Source: Escherichia phage BEU50. Taken from it: a stretch of 64,000 bases of DNA. The notes under the pieces were generated by a model. That model was given only the letters and a program-made list of their open reading frames with translations. It searched no databases and had not been told where the DNA came from. Below, one piece after another: positions 1-9,451 of the stretch; position 1 is the stretch's first letter, and every line of letters starts with the position of its first letter. The stretch is taken from sequence record OM632671.1; one strand, written 5' to 3'. A program made the position numbers and the translations under genes.

Positions 1-161
1 TTAATCCTGATTTAGTTGTTGTACAGAAAAACTGGACCGAATTTTTATGCTACACTGAAGTGGTTTACGTTTACGAAAAACTCGGCGATGAAATGCCTAT
101 CTATGGTATCTTCCGTGAAATCACTGAAAACGGTACAACTTATTGGAAGGAAACTTACTAA
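1..161 (+). CDS. 3' end of unidentified upstream gene (partial; start lies outside window)
   Basis: Open frame from window edge to TAA at 159-161; stop overlaps next ATG (TAATG). Confidence 0.45.
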   Translation, partial: NPDLVVVQKNWTEFLCYTEVVYVYEKLGDEMPIYGIFREITENGTTYWKETY

Positions 162-574
162 TGGCTAATAAATTCCGCGTTAACTCATGGTACCAATTTA
201 AAGATAAACGTGCCCAAGAAGAGTTTATTAAAGACCACACTGATAATGGGATTTATGCACGACGTCTTGGCATGGAACCATTTAAAGTATTAGATGTTGA
301 CCATCTTGGTCGTCCTACTAAAATTGTGACATCTACTGGCATGGTTGGATACGCAACAGGCGGTGATATCCTTGATGAAAACTTTATCTGGCTCTCCACG
401 AATGAAGCAGAGTTCTTTGACGAAGTTGGAAATCCATATCAAGAGTCTAAAGAGCAAGATTCTGGTGAACTTGACGAATTGTCTGAATTTCCGGTGATGA
501 CGATTACTATCGAAAATAACGACCAGGCATGGTCTTTGTATCAAATGTTGAAAGCTCACTTTAAGGAACAATAA
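161..574 (+). CDS. hypothetical protein (137 aa)
   Basis: Same frame as ORF-track 143..574 (TTG start); ATG at 161 overlapping upstream stop preferred; no recognisable domain. Confidence 0.55.
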   Translation: MANKFRVNSWYQFKDKRAQEEFIKDHTDNGIYARRLGMEPFKVLDVDHLGRPTKIVTSTGMVGYATGGDILDENFIWLSTNEAEFFDEVGNPYQESKEQDSGELDELSEFPVMTITIENNDQAWSLYQMLKAHFKEQ

Positions 575-753
575 TGCCGTTATACGACTATAAATGTCAA
601 TCTGAAGATTGTGGTCATGAATATGAAAAAATTAAAAGAATTTCTGAACGAGAAAACGATGTTTGCCCTGAATGTCATCGTCTGTCTACTCGTCGGGTTT
701 CTGCTCCTAAACATGTGAACGGTGGTTTTTACGACTTACTTAAGAAGGGTTAA
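574..753 (+). CDS. small zinc-ribbon protein, FmdB-like (59 aa)
   Basis: Not in ORF track (<60 aa); [18 protein letters not shown]...VCPECH with two Cys pairs; ATG overlaps preceding stop (TAATG). Confidence 0.5.
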   Translation: MPLYDYKCQSEDCGHEYEKIKRISERENDVCPECHRLSTRRVSAPKHVNGGFYDLLKKG

Positions 754-755
754 TT

Positions 756-1181
756 ATGGCTTTTAAAGGTTTTGAAGTTGGTAAGAAATATCGTATTATC
801 AAAGGACAAGAAGATAATTTCTTGAGAATTCTTAATACGACTGGTAAACGTCTTAATACTAATCTGCATACTACTTTATTGTCCAAAGATTTTATTGTGG
901 AAGAGATGATTGGTTACGGTGTTTCGATGATTGCTGTAGAAGCCGTAGGCGATTATGGCCGAACTATTCATAGTATGCAAGGTGATATTCTGCTTTATGG
1001 TGCAGAATTTAAATTCTTTGAAGAAGTTCCGGAACCAGATACAGCTGTCGATTTCAAAAAAGGCTCTATAGAATTTGTTGATGGTTCGGTGATCGTATCA
1101 GGCGATGTGGTCATTACAGTTAAAAGTGAACAAGGGCGTTTAGCTGCAATTGATGCACTTCAGAAAATTAAATTTAAATAA
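756..1181 (+). CDS. hypothetical protein (141 aa)
   Basis: ORF track; tightly packed upstream of gene 39; no recognisable domain. Confidence 0.55.
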   Translation: MAFKGFEVGKKYRIIKGQEDNFLRILNTTGKRLNTNLHTTLLSKDFIVEEMIGYGVSMIAVEAVGDYGRTIHSMQGDILLYGAEFKFFEEVPEPDTAVDFKKGSIEFVDGSVIVSGDVVITVKSEQGRLAAIDALQKIKFK

Positions 1182-1199
1182 GGGCTTAGGCCCTTTTTG
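1181..1199 (+). terminator. rho-independent terminator candidate
   Basis: AGGGC-TTAG-GCCCT hairpin followed by TTTTT immediately after stop at 1181. Confidence 0.5.
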
Positions 1200-1222
1200 C
1201 TTTAGATTTTGGATGATAGAAT
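1196..1222 (+). promoter_or_regulatory. MotA-type middle promoter candidate for gene 39
   Basis: TTTGCTTTA MotA-box-like element, 12-nt spacer, TAGAAT -10, about 22 nt before ATG 1245. Confidence 0.4.
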
Positions 1223-1244
1223 ACCTTCATAACGAGGAGACAAC

Positions 1245-3065
1245 ATGATTAAAAATGAAATTAAGGTATTGTCAGATGTAGAACATATTAAGAAACGTAG
1301 TGGTATGTATATTGGTTCTTCTGCTAAAGAAGCACATGAGCGTTTTTTGTTTGGTAAATATCAACAAGTTGAATATGTTCCTGGTCTGGTTAAATTAATC
1401 GATGAGATTATTGACAACTCGGTTGATGAAGCTATTCGTACATCATTTAAGTTTGCAAATAAAATTGATGTGCAAATTAAAAATAATCAAGTTTCGGTGG
1501 AAGATAACGGACGTGGTATTCCTCAAGGTTTAGTTACCGACCAAACGGGTGAACAAATTCCTGGGCCTGTAGCAGCCTGGACTATTCCAAAGGCTGGTGG
1601 TAACTTTGGTGATGACTCTGAACGCAAGACTGGTGGTATGAACGGTGTAGGGAGTAGTTTAACTAATATCTTCTCTACGTTGTTTACAGGCATCACGTCA
1701 GATGGCGAAAATGAAATCACTGTTAACTGTTCAAACGGAATGGAAAACAAATCATGGTCTTCTAAGAAATCTAAAGGTAAAGGCACTAAAGTAATCTTCA
1801 CTCCTGATTTCTCTTCATTTGAAGAGCATAATTTATCTCAAATTTATTTAGATATTACTTTAGACAGACTTCAAACATTGGCAGTCGTTTATCCTGATAT
1901 CAAGTTCACATTTAATGGTAAAAAGGTTGATGGTAATTTTAAACGATTTGCTAAACAATTTGGTGAAGATAACATCATTCAAGAAAATGATAAAGTCTCT
2001 ATAGCATTCACAACATCACCAGATGGCTTCCGTCATTTAACTTATGTGAATAACATCCATACTAAAAATGGTGGCCATCATGTTGAATGTGTAATGGATG
2101 ATATCTGTGAACATCTTTTGCCGGGTATTAAAAAGAAATATAAGGGTATTGAAGTCACTAAAGCTCGTGTTAAAGAATGCCTCACAATGTTGATGTTTAT
2201 TAGAGACATGAGCAACATGCGTTTTGATTCTCAGACTAAAGAACGTTTAACGTCAACGTATGGTGATATTCGTAATCATATCCAATTAGATGCTAAGAAA
2301 ATTGCTCAGGCACTTCTTAAAAACGAAGCCTTGATTATGCCTATTGTTGAAGCAGCATTAGCTCGTAAATTGGCAGCAGAAAAGGCTGCAGAAACTAAAG
2401 CAGCTAAAAAGGCGACTAAAGCTAAGGTTCATAAGCATATTAAAGCTAACCAATGTGGTAAAGATGCAGATACGACATTGTTTTTAACAGAAGGTGATTC
2501 GGCAATTGGTTATCTCATTGATGTTCGTGACCGTGAACTACACGGCGGATTCCCATTACGTGGTAAGGTGATGAATAGCTGGGGTATGTCATATGCTGAT
2601 ATGATGAAGAACAAAGAGCTCTTTGATATCTGTGCTATCACAGGTCTTATTCTTGGTGAAAAGGCAGAGAATACGAACTATCGTAATATTGCAATTATGA
2701 CCGATGCCGATCATGACGGTCTTGGAAGTATCTATCCAGCTTTGCTTGCTTTCTTTAGTAATTGGCCTGAATTGTTTGAACAAGGACGTATTCGCTTTGT
2801 TAAAACGCCTGTAATTATTGCACAAATTGGCAAAACTCAAAAATGGTTTTATACTGTAGCTGAGTATGAAGAAGCTAAAGATACACTGCCTAAGCATAGT
2901 ATTCGATACATCAAGGGATTGGGCTCACTTCAGCGAGATGAATATAAAGAAATGATTCAAAACCCTGTGTACGACGTAGTTAAACTTCCTGAAAATTGGA
3001 AAGAACTATTTGAAATGCTCATGGGTAACGACCCTGAACTCCGTAAAGATTGGATGCTAGGATAA
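1245..3065 (+). CDS. 39: DNA topoisomerase II large subunit, ATPase (uninterrupted 606-aa form)
   Basis: GHKL ATPase motifs DEIIDNSVDEA and EDNGRGIP; T-even gp39 family; 606 aa, i.e. not split into 39 and 60. Confidence 0.9.
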   Translation: MIKNEIKVLSDVEHIKKRSGMYIGSSAKEAHERFLFGKYQQVEYVPGLVKLIDEIIDNSVDEAIRTSFKFANKIDVQIKNNQVSVEDNGRGIPQGLVTDQTGEQIPGPVAAWTIPKAGGNFGDDSERKTGGMNGVGSSLTNIFSTLFTGITSDGENEITVNCSNGMENKSWSSKKSKGKGTKVIFTPDFSSFEEHNLSQIYLDITLDRLQTLAVVYPDIKFTFNGKKVDGNFKRFAKQFGEDNIIQENDKVSIAFTTSPDGFRHLTYVNNIHTKNGGHHVECVMDDICEHLLPGIKKKYKGIEVTKARVKECLTMLMFIRDMSNMRFDSQTKERLTSTYGDIRNHIQLDAKKIAQALLKNEALIMPIVEAALARKLAAEKAAETKAAKKATKAKVHKHIKANQCGKDADTTLFLTEGDSAIGYLIDVRDRELHGGFPLRGKVMNSWGMSYADMMKNKELFDICAITGLILGEKAENTNYRNIAIMTDADHDGLGSIYPALLAFFSNWPELFEQGRIRFVKTPVIIAQIGKTQKWFYTVAEYEEAKDTLPKHSIRYIKGLGSLQRDEYKEMIQNPVYDVVKLPENWKELFEMLMGNDPELRKDWMLG

Positions 3066-3862
3066 TGAATTATCGTAAAATTTATGATAAACTTATCGCT
3101 GCGGCTAAAAACCGCAGCATTATTCCTAATTATACTGAGACACATCATATATTGCCAAAATCTATGGGTGGGAGTAATGATAAATCAAATCTAGTTAAAA
3201 TGACCCCTAGAGAGCATTTTATCGCCCATTTATTGCTTTATAAAATTCATAAGAACCGTTCTATGCTTATGGCTATTAGAGCTTTTTACATGGGAGCTAG
3301 AAATTCTAGAGATTATGATTGGCTTAAACAAGAATTCTCTAAAGAGCACTCTAGATTTATGAAAGAATGGATTGCTAAAAACGGCAACCCATTTAAAGGT
3401 AAAAAACATACTAAAGCAACAAGAGAATTAATGTCACATATTGCTTCACAACGTATAGGCGAATTAAATCCATTTTATGGTAAAACTCATACGCAAGAAG
3501 CAATAGATAAAATAATACAGGCCAACAAGTTATCTTGGGAGAATGGGCGAAAAGCACCTGTAAAAACAAAAGAACACCAGGATAAAATAACTAAATCAAG
3601 AATGGAAACATTTAAAACAAAAGGATTTAAACCATACACTCCTAGGTCGGAAGAAACTAAAGCTAAGACTAGAGAGTTGTATAAATCTAAATATGAAAGA
3701 AGGCCTATAAGAATCACAAGTGTAAAAACAGGTGAAACTATTGATTTTAACTATCTTTATGAATTAAGAGAGTATTTAGATATAGGGTCTTCTAATATAT
3801 TGAAAGCATTAAATAATCCTAACAGAACCTGCAAAGGTTATAAAATGTGTTGGATGTCCTAA
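3065..3862 (+). CDS. HNH homing endonuclease (mob-type, free-standing)
   Basis: HNH motif HHILPKSMGGSNDKSNLV; repeated GK-HT helix motifs; ATG at 3065 overlaps gp39 stop; ORF-track start 3050 is TTG. Confidence 0.8.
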   Translation: MNYRKIYDKLIAAAKNRSIIPNYTETHHILPKSMGGSNDKSNLVKMTPREHFIAHLLLYKIHKNRSMLMAIRAFYMGARNSRDYDWLKQEFSKEHSRFMKEWIAKNGNPFKGKKHTKATRELMSHIASQRIGELNPFYGKTHTQEAIDKIIQANKLSWENGRKAPVKTKEHQDKITKSRMETFKTKGFKPYTPRSEETKAKTRELYKSKYERRPIRITSVKTGETIDFNYLYELREYLDIGSSNILKALNNPNRTCKGYKMCWMS

Positions 3863-3890
3863 GCTCCTTCGGGAGCTTCATTTTAATTTT
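3862..3890 (+). terminator. rho-independent terminator candidate
   Basis: AGCTCC-TTCG-GGAGCT hairpin followed by T-rich tract. Confidence 0.55.
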
Positions 3891-3904
3891 AATAAGGCTT
3901 AATT

Positions 3905-5005
3905 ATGAAAGTTATGTTTATCCCATCTCGTGCAGTCCCATTTAATCCTGACCGTGTACAAGGTGGTCTTGAAGCGGTTCATTTGAACGTGTTGAAATAT
4001 TTAGTTTCTATCGGTGCCGATATTGATTATATCGGCTTTGATAATGACACGTTTGGTGACTGGAAAGTTACACACCATCCTGTTGGTCATCTGACTAAAT
4101 TCAGTCTAGGTATGAGTTATACTATGGCTCGTAAGATTGTTGAACTAGCCGGCATCCATGAATACGATTTTGTTGTTACTATGGAACCGACTAAACTAAC
4201 CGTTCAGGCAATTAAAGACGCAGGTCTCTCTAAAGTTCATAAGAATTTTATGGCAACACCATTTGAACCAGTATCTCGTGGCATTGTTCAAATTTGGGAC
4301 CAGACTATTCAAATTCATAAGAATGGCGGTAAGAGTTATGCTCCTACTAAAGCCTTCCGTGAATTTGAACGCAAATATTGTTATATGACTTCAGGTCTGA
4401 CTGACAAAATCGATTATGATTATTGGCGAGCAAATCCGTTGTTTGAAGCCGAAGATTATCCGGTTATTTGTTTGACTGAAAAGCCAGAAGTTCTCCCGGC
4501 AACTGATTTGATTATTAGTGCTCAACGTTATGACACTAAGATGCGTCGCACTGATGTTGCTCTTGAAGCAATTAAAGCACTAGGCGAAAATGGTGTAGGA
4601 TACTGTCCTAGTAAATGGGCACCACCAGCTAAATATCCTGTTATTATTGATGCTCCACACAGTGAAATCATGGAACGTCTTAAAACAGCTAAAGCACTTA
4701 TTAATACGTGTCCTGACACAGGTACGGTAGAGAATAGTTCTATTGAAGCCATCTCTAAAGGTGTCCCTGTAATCCAGTTAGTTTTTAAGGATTATCCTCA
4801 TGCGACATTTGAATACGACCCAGATACTGTGCGTGTAGAAATTGATTCCTCTACTCCTAAGAAAGAAGTAGTTGCGCTTTACACAAAAGCTGTATTAGAA
4901 TTCACTGACACATACGAAGCTCGAGTTAAACGTGCTGAAGCAGTATGGAAGAAGTATAATCGAGATGCAGTTGTTGCGATGTGGGATAAAATCTTCACAG
5001 CGTAA
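3905..5005 (+). CDS. hypothetical protein, possible GT-B-fold glycosyltransferase (366 aa)
   Basis: ORF is solid; function weak: N-terminal MKVMFIPSR...GGLE and C-terminal ENSSIEAISKGVPVI resemble GT4-type motifs. Confidence 0.6.
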   Translation: MKVMFIPSRAVPFNPDRVQGGLEAVHLNVLKYLVSIGADIDYIGFDNDTFGDWKVTHHPVGHLTKFSLGMSYTMARKIVELAGIHEYDFVVTMEPTKLTVQAIKDAGLSKVHKNFMATPFEPVSRGIVQIWDQTIQIHKNGGKSYAPTKAFREFERKYCYMTSGLTDKIDYDYWRANPLFEAEDYPVICLTEKPEVLPATDLIISAQRYDTKMRRTDVALEAIKALGENGVGYCPSKWAPPAKYPVIIDAPHSEIMERLKTAKALINTCPDTGTVENSSIEAISKGVPVIQLVFKDYPHATFEYDPDTVRVEIDSSTPKKEVVALYTKAVLEFTDTYEARVKRAEAVWKKYNRDAVVAMWDKIFTA

Positions 5006-5097
5006 ATCCTGAATAGCCTGAGGCACTATTACACATAAGATGATAGATTATATGGTCTTTAGTAATAGTGCCCTAGGAATCTACTGAAGAGAATATT

Positions 5098-5298
5098 ATG
5101 AGAACATATAACGTGGACTTGGAACTTTTTGATAAAGCAGTGCTCCGGGAATTCCGGCTTATCCAAAGATTTTTTGATATCGAATCAGCAGAGTCCTTTA
5201 AAGAACGCTTTAAAGAAATTCGATATAAAATACAAACCGATACAGCTACTAAAGAAGAACTTCTTGAAGTAGCAGAAATTTTTAAACGTAACTTGTGA
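5098..5298 (+). CDS. hypothetical protein (66 aa)
   Basis: ORF track; immediately upstream of rIIA. Confidence 0.45.
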   Translation: MRTYNVDLELFDKAVLREFRLIQRFFDIESAESFKERFKEIRYKIQTDTATKEELLEVAEIFKRNL

Positions 5299-5310
5299 TG
5301 AGAGAAAAAC

Positions 5311-7368
5311 ATGATTATCGAAACGGCTAAAGAAACGATTATTGGTTCTGGTGGTAAGAGCACAGCATTCACTATTCAAGGCAATAGCAAAGTTTATAAG
5401 ATTTTGTCTAATGACCTTTATACAAACAAAGAATTGGCTTGTGTACGTGAATTAATCACAAACTGTATCGATGGACAAATTCTTAATGGTTGCACTGATA
5501 AGTTTATTGTTCAGGCTCCAGGTCGTTTAGACCCACGTTTTGTAGTTCGAGACTTTGGTCCTGGTATGAGTGATTTCACCATTCGAGGTAATGACGAAGA
5601 GCCAGGAATCTATAACTCATATTTTGCTTCAACTAAAACATCGAGTAATGATTTCATTGGTGGATTCGGACTCGGCTCTAAAGCTCCATTAGCATATACT
5701 GATACGTTTAACATTACTTCTTATCATAATGGTGAAGTTCGTGGTTATGTAATTTATCAAGATGACAGTGGTCCACAAATTAAGCCAACCTTTGTAGATA
5801 AGATGGGCCCTGATGACCGTACGGGTGTAGAAGTAGTTGTGCCTGTTAACCCGGAAGATTTTGAAAAGTTCGCATCTGAAATTGCGTATGTTATGCGTCC
5901 TCTCGGCGATATTGCAGAAGTTCGTGGTGTTAAAGATATCAAATACTTCCCGGAATTCGATGATGTTTATTTAGCCAAGGAAGCTCCATGGGGTGAACGT
6001 GGTAATATCATGGCTGTTTATGGTGGTATTGTATATCCAATCGGAAGTGTTATTAAAGAACAAACATGGATGATGACGCGATGCACTACAGCTTATATCA
6101 AATTCCCTATGGGTGAACTAGATGTAGCCCCGTCTCGTGAAGCATTGTCATTTGATAAACGTACAGTAGCAAATATTCATAAACGTGTTGCAGAAATTGA
6201 TGCAAAATTATTTGCTGAAGATTCTAAGAAATGGATTGATTGTGAATATCCACGTCATGTATTCCGTGAAATCGATTCTCTTGGTTACTCTGCTCGTAAA
6301 TACATGGAAAAAGCCGGTTCTAATATTGAATCACTGAAATATTCTAAAGAACAACTAACTTATTCTGAGTTGTACAAACGTTTTAAAATGGGACCTGAAT
6401 GGTGCAACCTTGGCGTTGTATATGATATCGTTTCAGATCCACGACTTCGTCGTATTCGTGAAAGCGGAAGCTCGTCTGCAACTATTTCAATTAATAGCCT
6501 GCTAGGTATTAGTCGTAAGCATATTGATATTGTTATTGACGATGTGAAAGGCCGCGTACCAATGATGCGTGCTCTGAACGATGCTTTGACTTCCACCGAT
6601 GCATCAACACTCGTTGATAAGGTTCCTTCCGGACGGGGTAGTAGCGTATTATTCATTAACCCGGAAGATGAAGTTGCAATGAAACTTCTGGAACGATTAA
6701 AGGTTATTTTCGCTGGTGATAGCCTTAAATTTTATAAGACCTCTGAAATTCTTGCATTAGTTAAACCATGGATTGAAGTTAAAGAACGTTCATCGCAGCC
6801 TCGTCCTAAATCCCCAAGTGCTCATCGGTTCTTTAAGAATGAAAACGATGTTTGGGTATCAGAAGATCTCTTTATTCCGGCCGGTAAAGCTGATGAGATT
6901 CAAGGTTATGTTGTAATTCGTAATCGTTCTAACGCTGAATGTCTTGACGCAGATAAAGGTTGGTTGAACTATGATTCTAATTTCTTGACTCGTATTGCTG
7001 ATTTGTCAGGTATTAAAGAGTTCACTGTAGTCCGTCCACAGATTGCTAAGAAAGTTCGTAAACTTGGTGAAGTAGAATGCTTGTTCGAAAAATCAATTAA
7101 TGACTATATTACGCTAATTGATAAAGTGGATTATGATGAGTATGTATCACCAAGTCGTAGAGCACAGCCTTATTTGAATCATATTACTCGTAACGAAGAG
7201 CTTAACTTCCTTAGTAAGTATTTTAGCTCTAAGAACAAAGAAATCAGTAAAGACTTTGCAAAACTCTCAACAGTAAATAATCGCTGGGGATGGAATCGAT
7301 TCGCAGGTGCTGATAACAGAGACCTGAACAGGAAGTTAGAATTGTGCTTAAAGAGGACTCTTTTGTAG
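5311..7368 (+). CDS. rIIA: rIIA membrane-associated protein with GHKL ATPase domain
   Basis: ELITNCIDG and RDFGPGM GHKL boxes; N-terminus typical of T-even rIIA; 685 aa (T4 rIIA recalled as about 725 aa). Confidence 0.85.
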   Translation: MIIETAKETIIGSGGKSTAFTIQGNSKVYKILSNDLYTNKELACVRELITNCIDGQILNGCTDKFIVQAPGRLDPRFVVRDFGPGMSDFTIRGNDEEPGIYNSYFASTKTSSNDFIGGFGLGSKAPLAYTDTFNITSYHNGEVRGYVIYQDDSGPQIKPTFVDKMGPDDRTGVEVVVPVNPEDFEKFASEIAYVMRPLGDIAEVRGVKDIKYFPEFDDVYLAKEAPWGERGNIMAVYGGIVYPIGSVIKEQTWMMTRCTTAYIKFPMGELDVAPSREALSFDKRTVANIHKRVAEIDAKLFAEDSKKWIDCEYPRHVFREIDSLGYSARKYMEKAGSNIESLKYSKEQLTYSELYKRFKMGPEWCNLGVVYDIVSDPRLRRIRESGSSSATISINSLLGISRKHIDIVIDDVKGRVPMMRALNDALTSTDASTLVDKVPSGRGSSVLFINPEDEVAMKLLERLKVIFAGDSLKFYKTSEILALVKPWIEVKERSSQPRPKSPSAHRFFKNENDVWVSEDLFIPAGKADEIQGYVVIRNRSNAECLDADKGWLNYDSNFLTRIADLSGIKEFTVVRPQIAKKVRKLGEVECLFEKSINDYITLIDKVDYDEYVSPSRRAQPYLNHITRNEELNFLSKYFSSKNKEISKDFAKLSTVNNRWGWNRFAGADNRDLNRKLELCLKRTLL

Positions 7369-7619
7369 ACCCAGAAATTTTCTACGGTTTGCGTGCCCGT
7401 GAAATTGAAATTGAGCCACAACCTACAGTTAAAATTGAAGGTGGTCAACACCTGAACGTTAACGTTCTGCGTCGTGAAACTCTGGAAGATGCAGTTAAGC
7501 ATCCGGAAAAATATCCGCAATTGACTATCCGTGTATCCGGTTATGCAGTTCGCTTTAACTCTCTGACTCCGGAACAGCAGCGCGACGTTATCGCTCGTAC
7601 CTTTACCGAGAGTTTGTAA
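7344..7619 (+). CDS. autonomous glycyl radical cofactor-like protein (GrcA/YfiD family)
   Basis: C-terminal glycyl radical motif [29 protein letters not shown]; no in-frame ATG (GTG at 7344); 3' half is GC-rich with host-like codons. Confidence 0.8.
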   Translation: MLKEDSFVDPEIFYGLRAREIEIEPQPTVKIEGGQHLNVNVLRRETLEDAVKHPEKYPQLTIRVSGYAVRFNSLTPEQQRDVIARTFTESL

Positions 7620-7840
7620 TGGCAAAGATAATTATTGAAGGTTCTGAAGATGTGCTAAATGCTTTCGCCGAGTGGTTTAGTAATTCAGGTGAACAACAAT
7701 TTAATGAAGCGTGGAATATGGGTGATATTGATGGAATTTATCCTACGACAGAAATTTCTGTTCAGGGATATGGCATTCATGAACCTATTCGTTTAGTTGA
7801 ATACGATTTATGTACTGGCGAGGAAGTCAAATATGATTGA
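7619..7840 (+). CDS. hypothetical protein (73 aa)
   Basis: ORF track; ATG overlaps preceding stop. Confidence 0.5.
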   Translation: MAKIIIEGSEDVLNAFAEWFSNSGEQQFNEAWNMGDIDGIYPTTEISVQGYGIHEPIRLVEYDLCTGEEVKYD

Positions 7841-8099
7841 AGATATTAAGGGTTATAAACCACATACCGACGAAAAAATCGGTAAAGTAAATGCTATTAA
7901 AGACGCTGAAGTTCGTTTAGGACTTATCTTTGATGCTTTATACGATGAATTTTGGGAAGCATTTGATAGCTGTGAAGATGATGAACTCGCGAAGAATTAC
8001 GCCGAAAGCCTCGATCAGTTAACTATTGCTAAAACGAAACTCAAAGAAGCAAGTATGTGGGCTTGCCGTGCTGTGTTCCAACCAGAGGAAAAATACTAA
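7833..8099 (+). CDS. hypothetical protein (88 aa)
   Basis: ORF-track frame 7797..8099 trimmed to ATG 7833, which overlaps upstream stop. Confidence 0.45.
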   Translation: MIEDIKGYKPHTDEKIGKVNAIKDAEVRLGLIFDALYDEFWEAFDSCEDDELAKNYAESLDQLTIAKTKLKEASMWACRAVFQPEEKY

Positions 8100-8377
8100 T
8101 GGCTCAATTAAGCGCAGGGTTTGGTTATGAGTATTATACTGCCCCTCGTCGTGTATCTGTTGCTCCTAAGAAAATTCAAAGTCTTGATGATTTCCAGGAA
8201 GTAGTCCGTAACGCTTTCCAGGACTATGCACGCTATCTTAAAGAAGATTCACAGGACTGTCTCGAAGAAGATGAAATTGCTTACTATACGCAGCGTCTTG
8301 AACAGCTCAAAAATCTACATGAGGTTCGTGCCGAAGTTTCAAAGTCTATGAATAAATTGATTAGATTTAAAGAATAA
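8099..8377 (+). CDS. hypothetical protein (92 aa)
   Basis: ORF-track frame 8057..8377 trimmed to ATG 8099 (TAATG overlap). Confidence 0.45.
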   Translation: MAQLSAGFGYEYYTAPRRVSVAPKKIQSLDDFQEVVRNAFQDYARYLKEDSQDCLEEDEIAYYTQRLEQLKNLHEVRAEVSKSMNKLIRFKE

Positions 8378-8379
8378 CT

Positions 8380-8409
8380 GTTTACTTTTCCTCTTGACTG
8401 TGGTATAAT
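8380..8409 (+). promoter_or_regulatory. T4-type early promoter candidate (regB)
   Basis: GTTTAC at 8380-8385, TATAAT at 8404-8409, 18-nt spacer, then AAGAGGAG Shine-Dalgarno. Confidence 0.5.
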
Positions 8410-8436
8410 TTTTCTATCAGTTAAGAGGAGAATAAC

Positions 8437-8898
8437 ATGACTATCAACACAGAAGTTTTTATCCGTCGAAATAAGCTTCGTCGTCACTTTGAGTCGGAGT
8501 TTCGTCAAATTAACAATGAGATTCGTGAGGCATCAAAAGCAGCAGGGGTCTCATCGTTTCATCTAAAATATTCTCAGCATCTTCTTGATCGTGCAATTCA
8601 ACGGGAGATTGATGAGACATATGTTTTTGAATTATTCCACAAAATAAAAGACCATGTTTTAGAAGTTAATGAATTCCTGAGTATGCCTCCGCGTCCTGAC
8701 ATTGATGAGGATTTTATTGATGGGGTTGAATACCGTCCTGGACGTTTAGAAATCACAGATGGAAATCTTTGGCTTGGATTTACAGTTTGTAAACCTAATG
8801 CGAAGTTCAAAGACCCGTCGCTTCAATGCAGGATGGCAATTATCAATAGTCGTCGTTTACCAGGAAAGGCTTCTAAAGCAGTAATTAAAACTCAATGA
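8437..8898 (+). CDS. regB: RegB site-specific endoribonuclease
   Basis: 153 aa, N-terminus MTINTEVFIRRNKLRRHFESEF matches T4 RegB family. Confidence 0.85.
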   Translation: MTINTEVFIRRNKLRRHFESEFRQINNEIREASKAAGVSSFHLKYSQHLLDRAIQREIDETYVFELFHKIKDHVLEVNEFLSMPPRPDIDEDFIDGVEYRPGRLEITDGNLWLGFTVCKPNAKFKDPSLQCRMAIINSRRLPGKASKAVIKTQ

Positions 8899-8905
8899 GG
8901 TAAGC

Positions 8906-9451
8906 ATGAGAAAAGCACTACTCGCTGGTCTATTGGCCATTTCAATGATGGCACATAGCTCCGAGCATACTTTCAGTAATGTCCAACTCGATAACATGCG
9001 TTACGCGTATCAATTCGGGGAACAATTTTCTAAGGATGGAAAATATAAAACACACAAAAACATCCACAAGAGCGGATTGGGTCATATAATGGCTGCTATT
9101 TTGTGGCAAGAAAGCTCTGCCGGAGTTAATTTAAAATCTAAACCAAAGCATCACGCCTACGGAATGTTCCAAAATTATTTGCCTACTATGCGAGCGAGAG
9201 TTAAGGAACTTGGTTATAATATGACCGATGCTGAAATAAAAAGAATGTTGAATAAACGATCCAATTCAGCTTCCTGGGCGTACATTGAACTTTCTTATTG
9301 GTTAAATATACATAAGGGCGATATAAGAAAAGCAATATCCTCTTATAATTCGGGATGGAATGTTAAAGCAGGTTCTAAATATGCTTCTGAAGTCCTAGAA
9401 AAGGCTAATTACCTTAAAAATAATAAACTTTTGGAAATAGTAAATGACTAA
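8906..9451 (+). CDS. secreted/periplasmic protein with signal peptide (vs.1-like position)
   Basis: N-terminal signal peptide MRKALLAGLLAISMMAHS; WQESS motif; positional analogue of T4 vs.1. Confidence 0.6.
   Translation: MRKALLAGLLAISMMAHSSEHTFSNVQLDNMRYAYQFGEQFSKDGKYKTHKNIHKSGLGHIMAAILWQESSAGVNLKSKPKHHAYGMFQNYLPTMRARVKELGYNMTDAEIKRMLNKRSNSASWAYIELSYWLNIHKGDIRKAISSYNSGWNVKAGSKYASEVLEKANYLKNNKLLEIVND

Noticed and set aside
3050-3064. TTG-initiated N-terminal extension of the HNH endonuclease (ORF-track start 3050)
   Set aside because: An ATG at 3065 overlaps the gp39 stop in the usual TAATG arrangement and gives the same MNYRKI start as the intron-encoded HNH protein.
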